Origin: Verrucomicrobiota bacterium
Lineage (GTDB): Bacteria > Verrucomicrobiota > Verrucomicrobiia > Verrucomicrobiales > DEV007
Assembly (NCBI GenBank): GCA_045046875.1
Contig: JASFYY010000041.1
Location: 1 to 34,757 of the forward strand
Reading direction: 5' to 3'
DNA: 34,757 nucleotides
The translations under genes were made by a program, and so were the position numbers. The notes below the pieces were generated by a model, which saw only the letters and a program-made list of their open reading frames with translations, had not been told where the DNA came from and made no database searches. Below are positions 10,503 to 19,131 of the stretch, one piece after another (within the stretch, counting starts at the first letter, position 1; each line of letters starts with the position of its first letter).

Positions 10503-11162
10503 ATGCATCTTCCGGCAACAGGCAAGCAGATTCGAAATGTCGCCATTTTCACAGCGATCTATCTTGTCGCCGCGGCATTAACCACTCTGTCTACCCGCAA
10601 TTTTGAATTTGTTTTTTATCTGGTGACGATGCTGTTGATGATCGCTGCGGTTTACGTGGTTCATCGCCGTGTTGGTATCAGTAACGGAGTGCTCTGGGGG
10701 CTCAGTCTGTGGGGTCTGTTGCACATGATCGGCGGACTCATGCCCATTCCAAACGACTGGTCTCAAAATACCGATCCCGGGGTAGGCGGTGTCGTTTATA
10801 ACTGGTGGTTGATTCCAGATCATCTGAAGTATGACCAGATTATTCATGCTTACGGGTTTGCCATCACCACCTGGCTGTGCTGGCAGGGATTGAGTTCAAT
10901 TGCTAACACCCGGAGCGATGAACCCCTGCGCCCCACACTCGGTCTTATGACGATTTGTGCTGCGGCAGGCATGGGTTTTGGAGCACTTAACGAAATTATC
11001 GAGTTCATCGCCACACTCACCCTTCCGCAAACCAATGTAGGTGGTTATATCAACACGGGTTGGGATCTGGTTTACAACATGATCGGATCGATCATCGCAG
11101 TGATCCTCATTTATCTAACTCAAGGCAAAACGACAGCTGCGTCTCAAGTGGAAAATCAGTAA
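10503..11162 (+). CDS. DUF2238 (YjdF-like) integral membrane protein
   Basis: LLHMIGG, YDQIIHAYG, GALNEIIEF and YINTGWDLVYN motifs with ~6 TM helices. Confidence 0.8.
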   Translation: MHLPATGKQIRNVAIFTAIYLVAAALTTLSTRNFEFVFYLVTMLLMIAAVYVVHRRVGISNGVLWGLSLWGLLHMIGGLMPIPNDWSQNTDPGVGGVVYNWWLIPDHLKYDQIIHAYGFAITTWLCWQGLSSIANTRSDEPLRPTLGLMTICAAAGMGFGALNEIIEFIATLTLPQTNVGGYINTGWDLVYNMIGSIIAVILIYLTQGKTTAASQVENQ

Positions 11163-11171
11163 ATCACCAGC

Positions 11172-11188
11172 AAAGGCTTGCCTTTTTT
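11172..11188 (+). terminator. Weak candidate intrinsic terminator
   Basis: aaagg-cttg-ccttt followed by ttt, 10 nt after the stop codon. Confidence 0.3.
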
Positions 11189-11323
11189 GGCTATCGGGCT
11201 TGATGATGGAAAACATTCAATGCTGAAAATGAACGGGATAACCCCCTTCTTTCCCATTGCCTCATTTCAGTCGATTGAATTGAAGCAACGAATATGGAAA
11301 TTTGTGTTATGGGGGGACGCTTG

Positions 11324-13276
11324 TTAGCGTCTGAACCAGCCGCGCTTTTTGGGGGGGGCGTTGAGGGGGGCGGGTCTGGTGGGTTCGTCGAATTCTGAAT
11401 CGTCGATCACTCCGGGCAGGGCGTGGGCTTCTTGGGCCTTTTGAGGTGCAGAGCCGATCAAGGCCGGGCCTTGGTTGGGTGGGGTCATCTGGCTGCCGGA
11501 TTCGCGCACGCTTGTTTGCGCGGCGGGTTTCTTTTTTTCGGGCAGGGAAAAACCCGCGGCTCCGTCCACAATGGTTTCGATTTCGCCTGAGCGGGAGAGC
11601 TGCAGGGACTCGAGCAATTCGGCCAGCTGTTCGAGGAAAAGGTGCAGGTCGAAGGTCACCACACAGTCGTTCACTGCGTTATAATTTTCCTGTAAAAACT
11701 TGCGTAAGGAGTTGAGGGCTAGGAATAAGGATTCGTCTGGGATGGACCCATACTCGAAGTGGGTGCCGAGCACCAGTTGCTCGGTGATGGCGATGAAGTT
11801 TTTATACAGCATGCCCTCTGCGCTGGGGCATTTCTCCCGGTTGAGGCCGCTCTCGATGCGTCCGGCGGGAGGGGCGGCGATGAGGCCCTCGGTGGTGGGG
11901 TAACAGCGCAGTTTGAGCGAAAAATCGGGCCAATGATCCACCCGGCGCTTTTGCAACTCACGGGTGCGGAAGCGGGTTTCGTGGGGGAAGTGAATCTGGA
12001 TGCTGTGGATCGACAGGCCGAGGATGGGGATGCGTGCCTCTTTGGCTTGATTGATGGCGTGGCGGATGAGGTTGAGCAGGATGATCGTCTCGACGGCCTC
12101 GAGCTGGTTGTGACGCAGGGCGAGGAAGTCGGAGAGGGAAAAACCGATGGTGGGCTCTTCGACCACCAGAATGGCTTGCTCAACTTCCCGGATTTCCCGG
12201 GCGGGCAGCAAATAGCTGTGAACGGCGGGGTCGATCTTGGCGAGATCCTGTTGCAGCCTTTTGCACTCAATCTCAGGCCAGGTGTGGGCGCGTGGCAGGA
12301 TGTGGATGTTGGTTTCTACCTTGGAGCCATCGAGCTCAAACTCGGCGGTTTCGGTGTAGATGTGGTAGTCATCCTCGGCGGCCTCAGTGATCTGGTATTG
12401 GCCGGCGAACTCTTTTTTGAGATCCAGATCTGAAAACAGTTTTTGTTTCAAGCGAAAGGCGGGCAGCAGGCGTTTGGCAATGGGTGGGGACTTGAACCGC
12501 GAGCCCTTGGTGATTTTTGGCGAGACCGCGCTGTAGGCATCACGCAGTTCTTTGCGGAATTCGGTCAGTGAGGTGGGGCCGTTGCCGGAAGTGGTGGAAA
12601 GGGTGTGCTTGAGAATGAACTTCACGTTGGCGGGCAGGGTGTCCAGATCGGTGATCTGCTGGTCGCCGCCTTTGGGCTGGTAGGGTTTGGCGGTGAGCAG
12701 GAAATAGAGAATCTGGGCGATGCCGGAAATCATCTTTTTCGGTTTGATGGTGACCGAGGGCAGTTTTTCATCGCAGGCGAGGCTGCAGTCGGAGATCTGC
12801 AGCGCCAGATGGGAGTGTTGGCTCGATACCACTTGCAGGCGGCCAAGGTTCAGGCCCTGCAGCAGGCGGGCTTTTGACTGCATTTGGAAAATGACATCGG
12901 TGAGCTGGATAGTGAGTGCCAGGGTCAGGGCGGTGTCGAGCGGGCCGTTGCGTTTGATGTAGGTGGTGATGGATTCGCCATCACTGATCTGGGTGGTGTA
13001 GTAGTGCAGGCCGTCGCTGTGGCCGACGTCGAGGATCTTGCAGCAACAGGGGCTGTGCAGGCTGGCAGCCATCCAGGCGCGATCGGTGAAGGACTTCCGG
13101 GTGTCTTCGTCGAAGCTTTCGCTTTCCGGCAGGATGTGCAGTTCGACCAGGCTCAGGGTTTCCGGATCAAAAGCCAGGCAGAGCATTTCCTTGGCGACCC
13201 CGGGGAAGGTCGCCGGGCTGCCGTCTGAACCTAAAGAGATAAAGTATCGACCAAACTGTTCTAGATCTTGAGTCAT
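11324..13276 (-). CDS. Tandem Ser/Thr pseudokinase-like protein
   Basis: Hanks-type scaffold (FGRY, LAFD, F..RA..AASLHSP...KILDVG..DG..YY, GES....IKRNGPL) but VAIK is VELH, HRD is LQG and DFG is DCS. A second degenerate kinase-like unit follows. Start ATG 13276. Confidence 0.7.
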   Translation of the reverse strand: MTQDLEQFGRYFISLGSDGSPATFPGVAKEMLCLAFDPETLSLVELHILPESESFDEDTRKSFTDRAWMAASLHSPCCCKILDVGHSDGLHYYTTQISDGESITTYIKRNGPLDTALTLALTIQLTDVIFQMQSKARLLQGLNLGRLQVVSSQHSHLALQISDCSLACDEKLPSVTIKPKKMISGIAQILYFLLTAKPYQPKGGDQQITDLDTLPANVKFILKHTLSTTSGNGPTSLTEFRKELRDAYSAVSPKITKGSRFKSPPIAKRLLPAFRLKQKLFSDLDLKKEFAGQYQITEAAEDDYHIYTETAEFELDGSKVETNIHILPRAHTWPEIECKRLQQDLAKIDPAVHSYLLPAREIREVEQAILVVEEPTIGFSLSDFLALRHNQLEAVETIILLNLIRHAINQAKEARIPILGLSIHSIQIHFPHETRFRTRELQKRRVDHWPDFSLKLRCYPTTEGLIAAPPAGRIESGLNREKCPSAEGMLYKNFIAITEQLVLGTHFEYGSIPDESLFLALNSLRKFLQENYNAVNDCVVTFDLHLFLEQLAELLESLQLSRSGEIETIVDGAAGFSLPEKKKPAAQTSVRESGSQMTPPNQGPALIGSAPQKAQEAHALPGVIDDSEFDEPTRPAPLNAPPKKRGWFRR

Positions 13277-13430
13277 TAAGCGTGAGCAGATTTTAACACT
13301 AGCTGATGCGTGGTTGGGTAGTTTGTTTGTGGTGGACGACTGATAGCGGGTATTTCTATAAAATGCGGAATAACTCGACAAGCTAAATATAAAGCCTTGT
13401 TGGGGAATTTCTCCTAAAATTCTCAGACTT

Positions 13431-13457
13431 TTCACATAAGCTTCATCTTTATTTCAC
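13431..13457 (+). promoter_or_regulatory. Cre-tag-like CreB binding site (three direct repeats, 11-bp period)
   Basis: TTCAC-ataagc-TTCAT-ctttat-TTCAC upstream of the creD-containing cluster. The E. coli cre-tag is TTCACnnnnnnTTCAC. Confidence 0.7.
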
Positions 13458-13479
13458 AAAGACTGACCAAGGTGAGGGC

Positions 13480-15315
13480 ATGAAATTATTCATTATTTGT
13501 ATTTTGTGTTTAGGCGGTCTTGTGTTGGGGGGATTGAGTGCTGGTCTCCGGGCTGCGGAAGAGGAGACGGGGACGGGGTCGTTGATTATCGATTTTGATA
13601 AAGTGATCGCCGGGCCGGCGGACTTGAGGGAGGGGGTGGTGCCGGAGGGCAGGGTGACTTTGCCTTATGCGGAAATGCGACGCTTGTGGTTGGCGGTGCA
13701 GGAAAAAGGGGTGAAACCGGAGGAGGCGGTGTCTCCTATAGATGCGGTGGTGGCTTCCGCGGAGTATGATTTGCAGCTGGAAGAAGAGTTTTCGGTGATC
13801 ACTGCTGACTACAGGGTCGAGGTGTTCACCGATGACTGGCGCATCATCCCGCTGGTCGGGGGTGCGCTCAGTCTCGAGCAAAGTGATGCGGGTGAGGGCA
13901 GTATTGTGCGCCGGGACGGAGCCTACGCGTTGATGGTCAAGGGGCGGGGGGAGTATGCGGTGCAGCTGATTCTGAGGGCGGCGGGATCGGAGAGCTGGTC
14001 ACAGCACCAGGGCTTGAAGCTGCGTCCGGCGGCGGCGACTTTGAGTCGGCTGCGGGTGAGTGGTTTGTCGGACCAACAGTCTCTCCGTTTGCAGGGCGGG
14101 GATGAGAAGCGGGCGATTATTTCGATGCAGACGGCCGTTGGCACGGAGTTTTTGCTGAATGGGGATGAACAGGAGTTGAATCTGGTTTTGGAATCAGCGG
14201 CCATGGCCGAGCAGTCGGCGGCGCTGGCCAATGCTCCGGTGGTGGAGAGTGTGTGGGAGATACAATCGCAGGTGTTTGTGCGTTATGCGGAGGGGCGTTT
14301 GCACTATGCGACGCGGGTTTTTGCGCAAAGTGACGCGGGTTCGGGTTTGTCGATGGAATTGATCCTGCCTCGTAAAGTGGCGGCGGTCGTGGTGGAGGGG
14401 GAGGATGTTGTTTCGTGGAGAATGGGGCGCAGCGAGCAGGGCTTGCGGAAATTGCATATTACCTGGCGAACAAGGGATCAACTGGATCGACGTTTCCGGC
14501 TTTCTTATGAGGTGGCGCAGTCACCGCTGTCAGAAAAATGGATGATATTGCCGCCGGCGCTCGAAGGTGAAGACCGGGTGGCCAGGCACTTGATGGCGAT
14601 CGAGGTGGTGGAAGGTTTGGAATGGAAGGGGGAGGGGATCAGCGCGACTGTGGCTTCGCGACGTTTACCGCAGTGGTTGGGGGAACAGGTGAAGCAGGTG
14701 GAGTTTGTCACTGCGGAGTCGAGTGGGGAACTGCAGATCGAGGCGAAATGGTTGCCGGTATTGGAAACGGTGCAGGCGACGGTGAGCCAGGCAACCTTCA
14801 GCACACGTTTGGTGAAAGACGGGGCGATGCTGGTCGAAGCGGAGTATCATGTTCAGCAGAGCGGGGCGCTGGATTGGACGGTGGATATCCCTTCTTTGGA
14901 TCAGGTGCTGCGTTGTGAGGTGGATGGTCAGGCGGTGAAACCGGTCAGGCGCAGTGAGAATGAACTGGAGTTTCATCTCAAGGCTCCGACCTCGGGAGAT
15001 CGTGGTGATGGCACGGTGGTGCGTTTTTCCTACGCTTTGCAGTCGAGTGCTTTTGACCCGGTGTCGGGGCAGGTGGTGGTGGAGTTGCCGCAAACGGATT
15101 TGTTTATTCATCGCTTGGATTGGGACCTTGAAATTCCGCAAGCTTACGAAACGACGGCGATCGAGGGCAATGTGCAACTGGCTCCGGTGAAAGTGGATAG
15201 GAAAAAAAAGGAGCCAGTTGTTAAGAGGCATCTGATTCGTTTGCACAAGGAGCTCTGTCGTGGGGAACGGCCTTCGGTGGAGGTGTATTACCGTCGCCGG
15301 GGAATTGATGATTAA
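13480..15315 (+). CDS. Exported hypothetical protein, beta-rich, first gene of the cre cluster
   Basis: 611 aa, signal peptide, GAGG RBS, no recognisable catalytic motif. Confidence 0.75.
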   Translation: MKLFIICILCLGGLVLGGLSAGLRAAEEETGTGSLIIDFDKVIAGPADLREGVVPEGRVTLPYAEMRRLWLAVQEKGVKPEEAVSPIDAVVASAEYDLQLEEEFSVITADYRVEVFTDDWRIIPLVGGALSLEQSDAGEGSIVRRDGAYALMVKGRGEYAVQLILRAAGSESWSQHQGLKLRPAAATLSRLRVSGLSDQQSLRLQGGDEKRAIISMQTAVGTEFLLNGDEQELNLVLESAAMAEQSAALANAPVVESVWEIQSQVFVRYAEGRLHYATRVFAQSDAGSGLSMELILPRKVAAVVVEGEDVVSWRMGRSEQGLRKLHITWRTRDQLDRRFRLSYEVAQSPLSEKWMILPPALEGEDRVARHLMAIEVVEGLEWKGEGISATVASRRLPQWLGEQVKQVEFVTAESSGELQIEAKWLPVLETVQATVSQATFSTRLVKDGAMLVEAEYHVQQSGALDWTVDIPSLDQVLRCEVDGQAVKPVRRSENELEFHLKAPTSGDRGDGTVVRFSYALQSSAFDPVSGQVVVELPQTDLFIHRLDWDLEIPQAYETTAIEGNVQLAPVKVDRKKKEPVVKRHLIRLHKELCRGERPSVEVYYRRRGIDD

Positions 15316-15318
15316 ACT

Positions 15319-15381
15319 TATCAGTGGCTAGCGGTGGTTAACTAATATTTTAACCACTGATTTTCACTGATGGGCACTGAT
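15319..15381. repeat. Back-to-back CACTGAT arrays
   Basis: atcagtggctagcggtggtt, then aaccactgat-tttcactgat-gggcactgat. Same unit as 201-296. Confidence 0.8.
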
Positions 15382-15424
15382 GTTAAAGAACGAAGAATTA
15401 AGAAGAATCAAACTATAAAAAATT

Positions 15425-16642
15425 ATGAATGTTAAACGATTATTTGCGATCTTATTTATTGTGGCGGGAACGGGAGTTGCCTGGTTGGTGCTGGGCAGCA
15501 CCTTGAACTACCGAACTGAACTGAGTGGAAGCCGACTGGGCAAAGCGGTGGAGGGGAATTGGGGGGTGCCGATGCGTCAGATGCATCCTGAGATCTTTTA
15601 TGTTTCGCCTACGGCGGCCAAGGCGCGGCGTGAGATCCATCCTCAATCGAGTGATATCAAGGTGAGACTGGATTTTGATAAAAAGAAAAAGGGGCTGTTA
15701 TGGTACCGGACTTATAAGGTGGACTTTGAGGCTGATTATATCATCGAGAACCCTACGCCGATCACCCAGACGATATACATTTCGTTTAAGTTCCCTGCCG
15801 AGGACGCTCGTTATGATCGTTTTAGTTTTGTGCTGGGGGAGAAACAAACCAATAAAGCTCCGCGTGATGGAGGTATCACCGATGCGGTGATACTGAAACC
15901 GGGCGAGCAATTACCGGTGAAGCTGACTTATACTGCAACCGGTTTGGATGATTGGTTTTATTCTTTTGGGAAAAATCATACCCGGGTGCGTGATTTTAGT
16001 TTGGCGATGAACACTAACTTCACTGAGATTGATATCCCTGCCGGCAGTGAGTCGCCGACATCACGTGAACCGGCGGGCAAGGGTTTGCTGTTGAATTGGG
16101 ATTACCGTGATGTGATCGGTGCTTCGGCGGTGGGCATGGCGATGCCGGCGGTGACCAACCCTGGTCCGGTGGCGGCTCGGATCACCTATTTTGCGCCGGT
16201 TTCCCTGTTGTTCTTTTTCTCGGTGATTGTGATTCTAGGTGCGGTGCGGAAGGTGGATTTGCATCCGATGAACTATTTTTTCCTCGCTGCGGGCTGTTTT
16301 GCTTTTCAGCTTTTGTTCTCCTATTTGGTGGACTTGATTCCCACTACGCTGGCTTTTGTGATTTCGGCACTGGTATCGTTGTTCCTGGTGAATTCTTATC
16401 TCGCCCGGGTCGCGGATCGTAAATTTGCCCAGATATCAGTGGTGGCGCAATTTGCTTATATGGTGCTTTTCAGTGCGAGCTTTTTCTTCGAGGGACTGAC
16501 GGGTATCACGATTACGATTGGCTCGATTGTGACCTTGGCGGTGCTGATGGCGTTTACTGCGAAGGTGGATTGGAGTGATGTTTTTAAACGTGAGCCTAAG
16601 GTTAAGGTGAATAAGATGCCTGATCTGCCGGTGAAAAACTGA
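15425..16642 (+). CDS. creD: CreD-family inner membrane protein
   Basis: N-terminal TM, periplasmic domain (V...WG....Q), C-terminal TM bundle with LHPMNYFFLAAG.FAFQLLFSYL (compare CreD HP.QY). Adjacent to creBC. Confidence 0.75.
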   Translation: MNVKRLFAILFIVAGTGVAWLVLGSTLNYRTELSGSRLGKAVEGNWGVPMRQMHPEIFYVSPTAAKARREIHPQSSDIKVRLDFDKKKKGLLWYRTYKVDFEADYIIENPTPITQTIYISFKFPAEDARYDRFSFVLGEKQTNKAPRDGGITDAVILKPGEQLPVKLTYTATGLDDWFYSFGKNHTRVRDFSLAMNTNFTEIDIPAGSESPTSREPAGKGLLLNWDYRDVIGASAVGMAMPAVTNPGPVAARITYFAPVSLLFFFSVIVILGAVRKVDLHPMNYFFLAAGCFAFQLLFSYLVDLIPTTLAFVISALVSLFLVNSYLARVADRKFAQISVVAQFAYMVLFSASFFFEGLTGITITIGSIVTLAVLMAFTAKVDWSDVFKREPKVKVNKMPDLPVKN

Positions 16643-16652
16643 AGAGAGGGGG

Positions 16653-16682
16653 AACCACAAATGGACACGAAGAAACACGAAT
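16653..16682 (+). repeat. AACC-led triplet array, CACGAA variant
   Basis: aaccacaaat-ggacacgaag-aaacacgaat, plus a partial aaccacgaa at ~16716. Confidence 0.7.
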
Positions 16683-16732
16683 AAGAAATGAGGAGGAGGG
16701 AGAACTGCTGATGGGAACCACGAAGTGACTTA

Positions 16733-16767
16733 TAAATGATAAATGATAAATCCTAAATGAGAAATGG
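16733..16767 (+). repeat. Heptamer tandem repeat (TAAATGA)
   Basis: taaatga taaatga taaatcc taaatga gaaatgg. Confidence 0.8.
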
Positions 16768-16834
16768 AAGAGTGTTTGTTGTTGGGGAGGATTTAGTGAA
16801 TGATTAGGTATAGGCTGTTTAGGTCACGGATTTT

Positions 16835-17587
16835 ATGAAAAAGCGCATTATTGTTATTGAGGATGAACCGTCGATTTTGGATAATATTCTTTATTCATTG
16901 GAGAGTGATGGTTTTGATGTTTGTGGCTGTGCGACAGGTGGGGAGGGGGAGCAGGAGTTTTTGACTCATGGGGCGGATCTGATCGTGATGGATGTGGGGC
17001 TGCCGGATACTTCGGGATTTGAACTGTGCCCGCGTATTCGTCAGAGTTCGGATGTGCCGGTGATTTTTCTGACCGCGCGTGCGGAGGAGGTGGATCGCAT
17101 TGTGGGACTCGAAATGGGGGCGGATGATTATATGGTGAAACCTTTCAGTCCCCGCGAGCTCAGTGCGCGGGTGCGTGCGGTGTTGCGCCGTTATCGGCCG
17201 GATCAGGGTCAGGCAGGCGCGGGGGAAAGCTCGACGACGACGGAGGCGGCGGGTCGGGGGATTCCGGGTTTCCCTTTTCAGATTGATGAAGAACGGGTGA
17301 AAGTAACTTATTTTGATCAGCTGTTATCTTTGTCTTCCACCGAGTTTCGTTTGCTGCGGATCTTGTGCAAACACCCAGGGCGGGTGTATTCGCGTTCCCA
17401 GTTGATGGACATCGCCTGGAGCGAACCCGATGCGGCGATGGAGCGCACCGTGGATGCCCACATCAAAAGCCTGCGGGGAAAAATGAGAGCGGTGCGTGAA
17501 GACGTCGACGCGATCGAAACCCACCGAGGAATGGGCTATTCCCTGAAAGAAAAATGGCGGAAGAAGGAGATAGGAGATAGAATTTAG
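16835..17587 (+). CDS. creB: OmpR-family response regulator CreB
   Basis: IEDE, MDVGLPD, FLTAR, GADDYMVKPFSPREL receiver motifs. RTVDAHIKSLR and IETHRGMGY winged helix as in CreB. Confidence 0.88.
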   Translation: MKKRIIVIEDEPSILDNILYSLESDGFDVCGCATGGEGEQEFLTHGADLIVMDVGLPDTSGFELCPRIRQSSDVPVIFLTARAEEVDRIVGLEMGADDYMVKPFSPRELSARVRAVLRRYRPDQGQAGAGESSTTTEAAGRGIPGFPFQIDEERVKVTYFDQLLSLSSTEFRLLRILCKHPGRVYSRSQLMDIAWSEPDAAMERTVDAHIKSLRGKMRAVREDVDAIETHRGMGYSLKEKWRKKEIGDRI

Positions 17588-17653
17588 GAGGTAGAATAAA
17601 TACGATGAGAAGAAAATATCGAAGAGCCTTCTGCCTTCTAACTTCTAACTCCT
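17565..17653. repeat. Facing heptamer arrays
   Basis: aggagat aggagat agaattt aggaggt (17565-17592) and gccttct gccttct aacttct aactcct (17626-17653). Confidence 0.8.
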
Positions 17654-17660
17654 TCCCCCC

Positions 17661-19124
17661 ATGACCACCGCTACCCGTAGTTTGATTGGATTTCTGCTGA
17701 TTGTTGCAGCGGCTTTTTATCTGTTGCTCGACAAGCTGATGGAGCGGGTTGAGCGGCAGTATATGGAAGCGGTCGAGGAGACGATGGTGGATACGGTCAA
17801 CTTGCTCGGTGCGTTGGCCGAGCAGTCTTTGTGGCAGGAGGGGGATGAATTCAAATCTCTGGACAGGATGTTTGATGATGCGCACCGGCGGGTGTTCGAG
17901 GCGAAAATTTATCAGGTGATCAAGCATGAGGTTAAGATGCATGCTTATATCACTGATGCTGAAGGGATAGTGGTTTTTGATTCACGTTGGCCGTCCCAAG
18001 TGGGGCAGGATTTTTCAAACTGGCGTGATGTGAGTCTGGCTTTGCAGGGGAAATACGGCGCGCGCTCCAGCCGGGCGGTGGAAGAAAATGATGATTCGTC
18101 TATTTTGTATCTTGCGGTTCCGCTGCGCAGGGATGGGCAGATTATGGGTAGTTTGACTTTGATCAAACCGCAGGACAGTGTGTTTGCTTTTCGTGACGAA
18201 ACCCGCAAGGAGATTCTTCGCAATGGCACCCTGGCACTGCTGGGCACCGGTTTTGCCGCGCTGTTGGTATCATTGTGGATGTCGCGTCCGATACGCAAAT
18301 TGACCGACTATGCGCGAGCGGTGCAACGTGGAGAGCGGGTCAAGCGACCCAAGTTGGCGACTCCGGAGATGCGCACTTTGGGCAATGCCCTGGAAGAGAT
18401 GCGCGAGTCTTTGGAGGATCGTAAGTATGTCGAAACCTATGTGCAAACCTTGACCCATGAAATGAAAAGTCCGGTGGCGGCGATTCGTGGGGCGTCGGAG
18501 TTGCTGCAGGAGGGCGACAGGGTTCCGCTGGATAAACAGCAGCGGTTTTTGGATAATATTTGTATCGAGACGGATCGGTTGCAGAAGATCATCGATCGTT
18601 TGCTGGCGCTGGCAGCGATAGAAAGCCAGAAGGCTCTTGAGGATCCGAGCAGTTTGTCTTTGGGTGATTTGGTGCTCCGGGTTTGTAATAATCTGGAGCC
18701 TTCCCTACAGGCAAAAGGGATCAGGCTTGAGCGGGATTTTGACAAGGATGCGAATCAACGGCTGAGCATTTGTGGTGAAGAATTTTTGCTGAAAACAGCG
18801 ATCGCCAATCTGCTGCAGAACGCCATCGATTTTTCCCCGGCCGGAGCAACGATCCGGGTGGGTTTGCGGCAGCAGGATTCAGAACAGGGCAGCATGGTGG
18901 CGCTGACAATTCAAAATGACGGGCCGGCGATACCTGACTACGCGGTGGAGCGGGTGTTCGAGCGTTTTTATTCGCTGCAGCATCCGGATACCGGCAAAAA
19001 AAGCTCTGGGCTGGGTTTGTGTTTTGTGCGCGAAGCAGCGGAGCTGCATCAGGGCAAAGCCAGCTTGCGTAACCGCGAGGATGGCAAGGGCGTGGTAGCG
19101 GAGTTGCTGTTGCCGACCGTGTGA
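17661..19124 (+). CDS. creC: Sensor histidine kinase CreC
   Basis: EETMVDT.NLL, WRDV.LAL.GKYGARSSR (CreC-typical), HAMP, KYVETYVQTLTHEMKSP H-box, NAIDFSP, FERFYSL, KSSGLGL. Confidence 0.92.
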   Translation: MTTATRSLIGFLLIVAAAFYLLLDKLMERVERQYMEAVEETMVDTVNLLGALAEQSLWQEGDEFKSLDRMFDDAHRRVFEAKIYQVIKHEVKMHAYITDAEGIVVFDSRWPSQVGQDFSNWRDVSLALQGKYGARSSRAVEENDDSSILYLAVPLRRDGQIMGSLTLIKPQDSVFAFRDETRKEILRNGTLALLGTGFAALLVSLWMSRPIRKLTDYARAVQRGERVKRPKLATPEMRTLGNALEEMRESLEDRKYVETYVQTLTHEMKSPVAAIRGASELLQEGDRVPLDKQQRFLDNICIETDRLQKIIDRLLALAAIESQKALEDPSSLSLGDLVLRVCNNLEPSLQAKGIRLERDFDKDANQRLSICGEEFLLKTAIANLLQNAIDFSPAGATIRVGLRQQDSEQGSMVALTIQNDGPAIPDYAVERVFERFYSLQHPDTGKKSSGLGLCFVREAAELHQGKASLRNREDGKGVVAELLLPTV

Positions 19125-19131
19125 AGGAGGC

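Noticed and set aside
13277..13435. N-terminal extension of the pseudokinase in the ORF track
   Set aside because: It is AT-rich and promoter-like, overlaps the cre-tag, and kinase-like sequence begins only after Met 13276.
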